From NCBI GenBank assembly GCA_947064765.1, contig CAMSWH010000005.1:1853-65852 (forward strand): DNA of 64,000 bases, written 5' to 3'. The translations under genes and the position numbers were made by a program. This document shows, in pieces, positions 25,097-33,223 of this stretch. Each line of letters begins with the position of its first letter. The stretch's first letter is position 1. The notes beneath the pieces are model-generated. The model was not told where the DNA came from. It did not search any database and saw only the letters and a program-made list of their open reading frames with translations. The stretch comes from an uncultured Clostridium sp. (lineage in GTDB: Bacteria; Bacillota; Clostridia; TANB77; CAG-508).

Positions 25097-26191
25097 ATGT
25101 TTTTAACACCACAAATAATAGCAAATGAAGCCTTAATGGTTTTACAAGCAAACTTAGCAATGGGAGATTTAGTACATAGAGATTATTCAAAAGAATTTGT
25201 AAAAGTAGGAGATACAATAACAGTAAGAAAGCCTGCAAAATTTGTAGCTAAAAACTTTACTGGAGAAACATCAGAACAAGAAGTATCAGAAGGTTCTGTT
25301 CCAGTAAAAATGGATAGATTTAGAGATGTTACAGTTGGAGTATCTTCTAAAGAAATGACTTTAGATATAAAAGATTTTAGTAAACAAATAGTAGAACCTG
25401 CAATGCAAGCAATAGCTCAAGCAGTAGATTCTGATTTATTAGCAGTAGCAACTCAAAAAGCTGGTAAAACAGTCAATGCAACTGCAAATCCAACAGATTT
25501 AAAAGATCTTGGAAATTTAGCCAAATATTTTGATTTAAATAAAGTGCCAATTCCAAATAGAAGTTTAGTTTTAAATCCAAATCATAAATACAGATATGTA
25601 TTTACAGATAACTTAAGTAAAGTTTCTTATGCTGGAGATAGCAAAACTTTAAGAGATGCAGAAATAGGAAAAGTATATACATTAAATACTTATATGGACC
25701 AAAATGCACCTGATACAGTAGCAGAAACAGCAGGTACAGCCAAATCTTATAAAGTAACAGCTGTAAAAGGAGCAGAAACAGTAAAATTAACTGATGTAAG
25801 TGCAGCAACAGGAACAATTAAAGAAGGAGATGCTTTTATAATAGATGGTTACTTATACAGATTTATGGAAGATAAAACAGCGACATCAGGAACAATTGAA
25901 AGTATCAAAATAGATCAACCTATTCATGAAGATTATACAGCATATGAAAAAGTATTATTAGTAAATAATACAAATTCAGTAGCTTTTCATAGAAATGGTA
26001 TAGCTTTAGTTACAAGACAATTAGAATTACCACAAGGTGCTGCCAAAGCTGCAATAGCATCTGCTGATGGACTAGCTGTAAGAGTTGTATATGGATATGA
26101 CCAAAAAACTAAAAAAGATTCTATTTCTTTTGATATCATATATGGTATCAAAGAATTAGATGACAAAATGATTGCAAGATTAAATGGATAA
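25097..26191 (+). CDS. major capsid protein (P22 coat-like family)
   Basis: MFLTPQIIANEALMVLQANLAMGDLVHRDYSKEFVKVGDTITVRKP matches the N-terminal pattern of P22-type coat proteins of Firmicute phages. 364 aa, followed by a strong terminator. Confidence 0.75.
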   Translation: MFLTPQIIANEALMVLQANLAMGDLVHRDYSKEFVKVGDTITVRKPAKFVAKNFTGETSEQEVSEGSVPVKMDRFRDVTVGVSSKEMTLDIKDFSKQIVEPAMQAIAQAVDSDLLAVATQKAGKTVNATANPTDLKDLGNLAKYFDLNKVPIPNRSLVLNPNHKYRYVFTDNLSKVSYAGDSKTLRDAEIGKVYTLNTYMDQNAPDTVAETAGTAKSYKVTAVKGAETVKLTDVSAATGTIKEGDAFIIDGYLYRFMEDKTATSGTIESIKIDQPIHEDYTAYEKVLLVNNTNSVAFHRNGIALVTRQLELPQGAAKAAIASADGLAVRVVYGYDQKTKKDSISFDIIYGIKELDDKMIARLNG

Positions 26192-26197
26192 GATTAT

Positions 26198-26236
26198 AAA
26201 GACATTATAGTTAATAACTATAGTGTCTTTTATTTC
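26198..26236 (+). terminator. Rho-independent terminator after the coat gene
   Basis: aaagacattatag / ctatagtgtcttt (13 bp, one G-U pair) then a T-run. Confidence 0.7.
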
Positions 26237-26255
26237 TCTAAATAAGAGGTAAATT

Positions 26256-26648
26256 ATGAAAAAATATATTGATGTCAAGTACTATAAGCTAAATTATAAA
26301 GGTTTGATAGAAGGATTTAATCTCAATAATTTAATAGTTGAAGCTAGTAGATATATTCAAAAACATACACTTGATAGAGCTGATTCTGATATAGAAGTAG
26401 TAAAATATTGTTGCTGTGTTTTAGTTGATAAATTAAACGAATATGAAGAACAAAAAGAAAAAAATAAAAAACAAAACAATAAAAAATCAGAAAGTGTAGG
26501 AAAATGGTCAGTTTCATATGGAGATATAAAAACAAGTGAAGAAATGAAAAAAGAACTTGATGAGGAAATATGGAATACTATTAAATTTTATTTATCAAAT
26601 GTTACTGATAAAAATGGAGTAAATCTATTATATAGAGGTGATGCCTAA
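26256..26648 (+). CDS. head-tail connector protein (gp6-like)
   Basis: 130 aa. First gene after the coat gene. Confidence 0.5.
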   Translation: MKKYIDVKYYKLNYKGLIEGFNLNNLIVEASRYIQKHTLDRADSDIEVVKYCCCVLVDKLNEYEEQKEKNKKQNNKKSESVGKWSVSYGDIKTSEEMKKELDEEIWNTIKFYLSNVTDKNGVNLLYRGDA

Positions 26649-26983
26649 TGTTTCAAGATAAAATAACTGTTTTTCACTTAAACAAAGAAACAAACGAGTA
26701 TGAAAGACAATACTTTGAAAATTTGTATTTTGATCATACAAAAGGAATATCAATTGAAAAATTAGGAGAAAAAGCTAGTAATTCTGGAACAATAATAATT
26801 CCTAGCGAAGAAGAAATCAAAATATATGAAAAAGATACAGTTGTAGAAGGAAAAATAAATGAAATTTTAGATAAAGAAAGAAGATTAAGTTATTTGAAAT
26901 CTAAGTATACAACATATGAAGTAATATCAGTTGATGACTTAAGAAAAGGAGATTTATCACACTATGAAATAGAGGTGAAGTAA
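26648..26983 (+). CDS. head-tail joining protein
   Basis: 111 aa. Synteny only. Confidence 0.4.
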   Translation: MFQDKITVFHLNKETNEYERQYFENLYFDHTKGISIEKLGEKASNSGTIIIPSEEEIKIYEKDTVVEGKINEILDKERRLSYLKSKYTTYEVISVDDLRKGDLSHYEIEVK

Positions 26984-26984
26984 T

Positions 26985-27413
26985 ATGAAAATAGAAATAC
27001 CTAGGGGAAGCTTAATAAATATAAACAAAAGTGGAAAGAAAATTAGAGCAAAACTAGAGTGGAATCCACAATTTCAAAAAGGTTGGGAAACTAAGTTTAA
27101 TAATGCTCAAAAGTATGTTGATAATGAATGTTTAAGACATAGTGATAAATTAATACCTTTTCAAACAGGATTTTTAAAGAAATCTGGAATCTTAGGAACA
27201 AAAATAGGCAGTGGAGAATTGAATTATTTATCGCCATATTCAAGATATCAGTATTATGGTAAAGTAATGGTTGGTCACCCACCTAAAAAAGTAACTAATA
27301 TACCTTTAAAATATCAATTTGCACCTGCAAGAGGAGCTAAGTGGTTTGAACGAATGAAAGCTGAACATAAAGATGCAATATTAAGAGGAGCTAGTAGATT
27401 TATGAAAGGATAA
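26985..27413 (+). CDS. minor capsid / head-tail joining protein
   Basis: FNNAQKYVDNECLRHSDKLIPFQTGFLKKSG...YSRYQYYG...GAKWFERMKAEHKD resembles the 'minor capsid protein' family of Firmicute siphoviruses. Confidence 0.55.
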   Translation: MKIEIPRGSLININKSGKKIRAKLEWNPQFQKGWETKFNNAQKYVDNECLRHSDKLIPFQTGFLKKSGILGTKIGSGELNYLSPYSRYQYYGKVMVGHPPKKVTNIPLKYQFAPARGAKWFERMKAEHKDAILRGASRFMKG

Positions 27414-27417
27414 TAGT

Positions 27418-27864
27418 ATGAAAAAAGAAAATGAAGAACTTTTAGTAAATAAAATTATAAATTATTTAGCACAAGCAGATGTTTTTAATAATAAACCAAA
27501 AATAAAAATAGATTATTTAGGAGATAAAATTGATAATTATTCATTAGAAGCAGTTCCAGCTGAAAGAATAGTAAATACTTTTGTAGATGGAAGCAAAAGA
27601 AAACAAAAGATTTTTGTTTTTGCATCAAGGAAAACATATTCGCAAGATGAAGTTGACAACTTAGAAAATTATAAACTATTTGAATATTTGGCAGATTGGA
27701 TAGAAGAGCAAAATGATGATGAAAATTATCCAGATATTTCTGATATAGAAAATATTGAAGAAATTGAAGCAATAGAAGTAATTGATTCACCATATATTGC
27801 AGCAGTAAGCGAAACGGAAGCTAGGTATCAAATGGAAATAAAAATAACATATATTCAAAATTAA
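27418..27864 (+). CDS. minor capsid / tail-completion protein
   Basis: 148 aa. Synteny. Confidence 0.4.
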   Translation: MKKENEELLVNKIINYLAQADVFNNKPKIKIDYLGDKIDNYSLEAVPAERIVNTFVDGSKRKQKIFVFASRKTYSQDEVDNLENYKLFEYLADWIEEQNDDENYPDISDIENIEEIEAIEVIDSPYIAAVSETEARYQMEIKITYIQN

Positions 27865-27879
27865 AAGGAGGAATTTAAA

Positions 27880-28380
27880 ATGTCTATAACTGGTGAAGGA
27901 AAAATTCAAAGAAAAATGGTTATGCATTTTGTTAATGTAGGTACTTCTTCTGCTCCTGAGTGGGAGAGAATAGGAAAAGGTATAGAAGAATTAACAAGAG
28001 AAATGAACAATAATGTTGAAAGTACTACAGATATAACAGGTCAAACAGATGTTGAGGTTACAAACGGAAATCAAACAACTTCTGTAGAACCTTTTAAAGC
28101 AAGAAGAGAGAGTAAGCTTTTTCAAAAGTTGTATAAAATATACACAGATGATCTAGAATTATCTGATGTTGAAATGGAATTTTTAGAAGTATCTGTATTT
28201 GATGAAATATCAGAAGGAGTTTATGCAGCAATTAAACAAAAAGGTGCTGTAGATTTAAAATCATTTGGAGGACCAACAACAGGTGTAGAAATGCCTTTTG
28301 ATATAAATTATATAGGAGAAAAAGAAAAAGGTAACTTCACATTAGATACTTTAACGTATGCTAAAAGTACAGGTGTTTAA
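27880..28380 (+). CDS. major tail protein
   Basis: 166 aa. SD AAGGAGGAA. Followed by a terminator-like hairpin and then the chaperone pair. Confidence 0.6.
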   Translation: MSITGEGKIQRKMVMHFVNVGTSSAPEWERIGKGIEELTREMNNNVESTTDITGQTDVEVTNGNQTTSVEPFKARRESKLFQKLYKIYTDDLELSDVEMEFLEVSVFDEISEGVYAAIKQKGAVDLKSFGGPTTGVEMPFDINYIGEKEKGNFTLDTLTYAKSTGV

Positions 28381-28390
28381 ATCAATATAA

Positions 28391-28424
28391 ATAAGCAATA
28401 AGACATTTTAGTTTTATTGCTTAT
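28391..28424 (+). terminator. hairpin after the major tail gene
   Basis: ataagcaataa / ttattgcttat, 11-bp perfect stem. Confidence 0.5.
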
Positions 28425-28450
28425 AATTTATTATGGAAGGAATAGGTAAA

Positions 28451-28864
28451 ATGGCAGAAATTTTAAATTTTAACCAGAATGACACACAAATAACATTAGC
28501 TTTAAATGGAGACAAAAATAATTTATTAGTTTTTGATCCAGGCGATATAAACTTAAGAAATAATTTTTATAAAGTATCTCAGTCAATAAAAGCTAAAGAG
28601 AAAGAATTTGATATTAAGGCTAAAAAAATAAATCCAAATAATGTACAAGGATTAATAGAGGTAGAATATGAATTATTTAAATATATGTCAGATATGATAG
28701 ATAAAATATTTGGAACTGGAACAACGAAAAAAGTATGTGGAGATAGAAAAAATCCAATAATAATAGCTAATTTTTTAATTGCAATCGCACCATATTTCAA
28801 GAAATTTAATGATGATGCTAAAAACAAATATGTAAATAATTTAAAAAATGCAGGTATTTTATAA
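28451..28864 (+). CDS. tail assembly chaperone (G-like)
   Basis: Lies between the major tail gene and the Gp15-like gene. The ORF opens at 28433; ATG 28451 has the better SD. Confidence 0.55.
   Translation: MAEILNFNQNDTQITLALNGDKNNLLVFDPGDINLRNNFYKVSQSIKAKEKEFDIKAKKINPNNVQGLIEVEYELFKYMSDMIDKIFGTGTTKKVCGDRKNPIIIANFLIAIAPYFKKFNDDAKNKYVNNLKNAGIL
28843..28849 (+). promoter_or_regulatory. putative -1 programmed ribosomal frameshift site A_AAA_AAT (G/GT-type)
   Basis: The heptamer is in the X_XXY_YYZ register of the upstream ORF, 13 nt before its stop. The -1 frame (aaa aaa tgc agg tat ttt ata atg...) has no stop and is the frame of the Gp15-like ORF. Confidence 0.55.
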
Positions 28865-29481
28865 TGAATGTTCTTATAGATAATTTTCCTACAAAAGTTG
28901 ATTTAAAAGGAAATATATATGAAATTAATACCGATTTTAGAGTTGGATTAAACATAATGATGTTATATGAAGATGATTCTTTAAATGTTTATGAAAAGAC
29001 AGAAATTATGTTAGAACTATTATATAAAAGTAAAATACCAGAAGAATTAAAAGATATTGCAGTTGAAAAGGCAATGTTATTTTTAGATGCTGGTGATAAT
29101 AAAAAGAATGAAACTATTAATAATGAATATAATATAAAACCTAAAAGAGTGTATTCTTTTACTCAAGATGCTAAATATATTTATTCTGCAATTAAAAAAA
29201 GTCATGGAGTTGATTTAGAAAATATTAAGTATCTTCATTGGTGGAAGTTTGTATATTATTTTTTTGATTTAGATGAAAAGAGTTTTTTTTCACAAATGAT
29301 TTATTTAAGAAATCAAAAAAATAAAGGGAAATTAACAAAAGAAGAAAAGATAGTATATGCAAATTTAGAAGATATTTTAGAATTAGAAAATAATAAACAG
29401 TATACAGAAGAGGAAAAAGAAAAAATAGATAAATTTATGAGTAGATTGGAGAAAAGTGAGAATGAAAGAACATGTAATTAG
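28864..29481 (+). CDS. phage Gp15-like protein (T portion of the chaperone pair)
   Basis: MNVLIDNFPTKVDLKGNIYEINTDFRVGLNIMMLYED matches the Gp15 family N-terminus as I recall it. Confidence 0.6.
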   Translation: MNVLIDNFPTKVDLKGNIYEINTDFRVGLNIMMLYEDDSLNVYEKTEIMLELLYKSKIPEELKDIAVEKAMLFLDAGDNKKNETINNEYNIKPKRVYSFTQDAKYIYSAIKKSHGVDLENIKYLHWWKFVYYFFDLDEKSFFSQMIYLRNQKNKGKLTKEEKIVYANLEDILELENNKQYTEEEKEKIDKFMSRLEKSENERTCN

Positions 29482-29659
29482 AGAAGGCGAAAGTCTTGAT
29501 ACAATTGCTAAAGAATATAAAATAACAGTTGAAAATATAATTGAAGATAACAAGATACAAGATAGAGATAGATTAGGAATAGGAAATGTTTTAAGGATAA
29601 CAAATGTGGCGAAAGATGGTGAAAAAACATCTTGCAATAAGAAAAATGTTGATGTATAA
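29462..29659 (+). CDS. single-domain LysM protein
   Basis: HVIREGESLDTIAKEYKITVENIIEDNKIQDRDRLGIGNVLRI is a LysM motif. The ORF opens at GTG 29456. Confidence 0.7.
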   Translation: MKEHVIREGESLDTIAKEYKITVENIIEDNKIQDRDRLGIGNVLRITNVAKDGEKTSCNKKNVDV

Positions 29660-29692
29660 TGTACCCAAATGGAAACGTAGGGGGATTTTATA

Positions 29693-29929
29693 ATGGTTTG
29701 TCCGAAATGTGGTAGTGATAACTTTGATGCAATTTCAAAAATAAAAAAAAGAGGATTTATTAAATCTATTATTTACATACTATTGACTATATGTACTTGT
29801 GGCTTATGGCTTATTTTAGGTATATTAAGAGGAGGAACTTCTTCAAAAACTATGTTTGTATGTAAAAATTGTGGAAAAGAATTTAATGCACAACAAGGTA
29901 ATAAGGCACAAAGAAAATTTAATACATAA
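29693..29929 (+). CDS. zinc-ribbon membrane protein
   Basis: CPKCGS ... CKNCGKEF flank the hydrophobic segment IIYILLTICTCGLWLILGIL. SD AGGGGG. Confidence 0.55.
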   Translation: MVCPKCGSDNFDAISKIKKRGFIKSIIYILLTICTCGLWLILGILRGGTSSKTMFVCKNCGKEFNAQQGNKAQRKFNT

Positions 29930-29963
29930 TAATGTTTATTCAATAATATGAAGGAGTAGAGTT

Positions 29964-30122
29964 ATGAAGTATGAAATTGGAGATAAAGTAGAATTAGAAA
30001 GTGGTAAAATAGTAACGATAACTAAAATAGAAAGTACTGTAGATAGAATAGAACCAATATATGGTTGTGGAAATCCACCAGCAATTATAGAAGAAAGAAT
30101 TATAAGAAAAATAGAGGATTAA
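29964..30122 (+). CDS. 52-aa hypothetical protein
   Basis: SD GAAGGAG. MKYEIGDKVELESGKIVTITKIES.... Followed by a terminator. Confidence 0.4.
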   Translation: MKYEIGDKVELESGKIVTITKIESTVDRIEPIYGCGNPPAIIEERIIRKIED

Positions 30123-30126
30123 AATA

Positions 30127-30163
30127 CAAGAAACACTTACACGTTGTAAGTGTTTTTGTTTTG
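30127..30163 (+). terminator. Rho-independent terminator inside the tail module
   Basis: aaacacttaca / tgtaagtgttt stem then tttgtttt. Confidence 0.65.
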
Positions 30164-30184
30164 CAAGAATAAGGAAGAATTACT

Positions 30185-30340
30185 ATGTTATATAAAAAAA
30201 GCAAGATTAAATGTCCATATTGTGGATATAAAATGCCTTTGTATTATGATGAAAATTCAATATGCAAAGGTATTTTTGTTATATGTAAAGGAAGAATGTG
30301 TAAAAAAGAGTTTGAAATAAAAATAAATAAAGTCAAGTAG
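30185..30340 (+). CDS. Cys-rich zinc-ribbon mini-protein (Cys-rich KTR-like)
   Basis: MLYKKSKIKCPYCGYKMPLYYDENSICKGIFVICKGRMCKKEFEIKINKVK. 51 aa. Confidence 0.45.
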   Translation: MLYKKSKIKCPYCGYKMPLYYDENSICKGIFVICKGRMCKKEFEIKINKVK

Positions 30341-30383
30341 TTGCCATTATGTGCCGATGACTTACTAAAAAGAAGGTGAGAAA

Positions 30384-32825
30384 TTGGCAAGATATGATGG
30401 TAGTTTAAAGTTTGATACTAATATAGATTCAAAAGGATTTAACACAGGAATAAAAGGTATTATTAGCAGTTTAAAGGCAGTAGGTGTAGCAATAGCTGGA
30501 GCATTTGTTACTAAACAAATTATAGATTGTACAAAAGAGGCAGAGAAATATCAAAATGCTTTGACTGGTCTTAAATCAATTATGGATGGTCAAGGTAAAA
30601 GTTTTTCAACTGCTCAAAAATTTATACAATCTTATACAGAAGATGGATTAATAGCTCAAACAGAAGCTATAACAGCCTATAAGAATTTAGCTTTGAGAGG
30701 TTATGATACATCTCAAATTGAAAAGGTAATGATTGCTTTAAAAGACTCAGCTACATACAGTAGACAAGCTAGTTATGGATTAGGAGAAGCTGTAGCAACA
30801 GCAGCAGAAGGATTGAAAAATGAAAATTCAGTTGTTGTAGATAATGCAGGTGTTACAAAAAATGTAGCTAAAATGTGGGAAGATTATGCAAAATCAATAG
30901 GAAAAACAACAAATAATCTTACACAAGCAGAAAAAATACAAGCAGAAGTTAATGGAATTTTAGAAGAAACAAAATTCCAAACAGGAGATGCTGCAACTTA
31001 TGCTAATAGTTATTCAGGAATGATAGCAAGAATAAATGCATCTTTTACTACATTGAAACAAACAATTGGTGGAGCTTTTATGCAAATATTCCAAGCAATT
31101 CTTCCAGTTATACAAGCTGTAATAGATGCATTAATTAAACTTGCTAATGTATTTGCACAAGTTGTAAGTTTAATTTTTAATAAACAGGTTAATACGAACA
31201 AAAATTTAGCAAAATCAAGCAAGTCAGCATCAACAGGAATAAAAAAGCAAGGTGATGCAGCAGAGAAAGCAGGAAAACAAGCAGAAGGAGCATTACTAAG
31301 CTTTGATAAACTAGAGGTTTTAAATGATAAATCAAGTAGTTCAACTAGTAGTAATTCAGGTGCAAATGTAGGAAGTGATACCTCTATACCAGATCCAATA
31401 GGAGATTTAGAATTAGGTAATAATGTAACAATAAGTCCAAAGATACAAGAAGCTTTTAATAAGATACAAGAAATGTTTGATAATTTTAAAAATTGGGCGA
31501 TTGTAAATTTTGGACCTATATTTGATTCTATAGCTAAAGAAATGACACCTAAAATAGAAACTTTAAAAGGTATTGTTTTAGGAATGTTTAATGATTTATC
31601 GACATTACAAGAACCATTAGAAAGTTATTTTAATAATTCATTTACACCATTTTTACAACAAGTATTTATTTCTGCTGGAAATTTAGCTAATGAATTTTTA
31701 AATAGTTTTAATATAGTATTATCTAGTTTATGGGATGTAGTAATATTTCCAGTTTTGCAAAATTTTATAACGATTGGATTACCTTTAATTACAGATTTTT
31801 GTACACAGTTACTAAGTGCTTTTGATATATTAGTAAATTCAGTATTTGAAATATTTAATAAATTATATATTGAAGGTGTTGAGCCTGTTTTAAATTCAAT
31901 AGTAACAATTTGGTGTGAATGTTGGGAATCATTGCAGACTTTTTGGGACGAATGGGGAAAACCAATTTTTGATAATATTAAAGAAGCAATTGTAGGAACA
32001 AAAGATACTTTAATAAATATATGGAATACGGCTATTAAACCAGTTTGGGATACTATATGTGATAATATTGACTGGTTATGGAGCAAGCATTTAAAACCAT
32101 TACTTGATAATTTCTTAGATTTTGTAGGAGAATTAGCTAATGGTGCATTAGAAATATATAATAAATTTATTTTACCAGTTGTCAACTTTTTAAATGATAT
32201 ATTAGGTCCTATATTTGCAACTGTTTTTTCCACAATTTCTGGTCTAGTTGGATCTGCTATTGCTTGGATAATAGATATTATAAACTCATTAATTACTTTT
32301 TTAAAAGGATTGGTAAAATTTATAACTGGAGTGTTTACAGGAGATTGGAAAAAAGCTTGGGAAGGAATTGTAGATATATTTAAAAGTTTATTTGAAGGAA
32401 TAGCAGCAAGTGCAAAATGGGTTATTAATTCAGTAATTGACATAATTAACGGATTATTGCAAGGAAGTGTATCAGGTATAAATAATCTTTTAAGCAAAGT
32501 AAATGAGGTATCTTCAAAAGTAGGGATACCTGCAATACCTACAATACCAGCTCCACAAATTCCAAAACTAGCAACAGGTGCAGTAATACCACCAAGACAA
32601 GAATTTGCAGCAATATTAGGTGACCAAAAAAATGGTAGAAATTTAGAAGCACCAGAAAACTTAATAAGACAGATAGTACGTGAAGAAAGTGGAAACAAAA
32701 AAGTAACAATAGTAACAAAATTAGTTGTAGACAAAAGAGAATTAGCAGAAATGATTAAAGAAGTAAATTTAGATGAAGAAATAACAAGTCCTGATTTAGA
32801 TGGGGGTGGAGCGTTTGTATATTAA
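30384..32825 (+). CDS. tail tape measure protein
   Basis: 813 aa. TTG start after SD GAAGGTGAG. Gly/Ala-rich helical N-terminal region and hydrophobic repeats. Position fits. Confidence 0.85.
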   Translation: MARYDGSLKFDTNIDSKGFNTGIKGIISSLKAVGVAIAGAFVTKQIIDCTKEAEKYQNALTGLKSIMDGQGKSFSTAQKFIQSYTEDGLIAQTEAITAYKNLALRGYDTSQIEKVMIALKDSATYSRQASYGLGEAVATAAEGLKNENSVVVDNAGVTKNVAKMWEDYAKSIGKTTNNLTQAEKIQAEVNGILEETKFQTGDAATYANSYSGMIARINASFTTLKQTIGGAFMQIFQAILPVIQAVIDALIKLANVFAQVVSLIFNKQVNTNKNLAKSSKSASTGIKKQGDAAEKAGKQAEGALLSFDKLEVLNDKSSSSTSSNSGANVGSDTSIPDPIGDLELGNNVTISPKIQEAFNKIQEMFDNFKNWAIVNFGPIFDSIAKEMTPKIETLKGIVLGMFNDLSTLQEPLESYFNNSFTPFLQQVFISAGNLANEFLNSFNIVLSSLWDVVIFPVLQNFITIGLPLITDFCTQLLSAFDILVNSVFEIFNKLYIEGVEPVLNSIVTIWCECWESLQTFWDEWGKPIFDNIKEAIVGTKDTLINIWNTAIKPVWDTICDNIDWLWSKHLKPLLDNFLDFVGELANGALEIYNKFILPVVNFLNDILGPIFATVFSTISGLVGSAIAWIIDIINSLITFLKGLVKFITGVFTGDWKKAWEGIVDIFKSLFEGIAASAKWVINSVIDIINGLLQGSVSGINNLLSKVNEVSSKVGIPAIPTIPAPQIPKLATGAVIPPRQEFAAILGDQKNGRNLEAPENLIRQIVREESGNKKVTIVTKLVVDKRELAEMIKEVNLDEEITSPDLDGGGAFVY

Positions 32826-33213
32826 ATTAGATGATTTATTAATAACAGAAAATATGATTTTACCTAAAAGTTATTCTGCAACACCTAAAAATGTATATTC
32901 AAAGGCAGAACGAAGTAGAGGAAAGTCTTTAAAAATGATTAAAGTTTTGCTAGGTTCTGTCTATGAAATAAAATTTACTTTAGATCATATGAAGCTTAGA
33001 AAAGATTTTGTATCACAACTTAGACAAACAATTATGAAACCAGAGATAAATGTAGAGTTTTACGATGATTATTCATCTTCTCAAAAAGTACAAAATTGTT
33101 ATTGTCAAGATACAGAAATGAAATTAAGACTAATACGAGGTGATGATTTTCGTTATGAAGATATAGCACTTGTTTTTACTGCTAATCAAGCAGCAAATTG
33201 GATTAATAATTAG
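32800..33213 (+). CDS. short distal-tail-like protein
   Basis: 137 aa directly after the tape measure gene. Shorter than typical Dit proteins. Start uncertain. Confidence 0.35.
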   Translation: MGVERLYIKLDDLLITENMILPKSYSATPKNVYSKAERSRGKSLKMIKVLLGSVYEIKFTLDHMKLRKDFVSQLRQTIMKPEINVEFYDDYSSSQKVQNCYCQDTEMKLRLIRGDDFRYEDIALVFTANQAANWINN

Positions 33214-33223
33214 GAGGTTTTAA

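Noticed and set aside
31625-32734. 369-aa minus-strand ORF inside the tape measure gene
   Set aside because: It lies antisense to a strongly supported 813-aa gene. It has no SD, a low-complexity Ile/Phe/Ser-rich translation typical of the reverse strand of AT-rich coding DNA, and no recognisable motifs.
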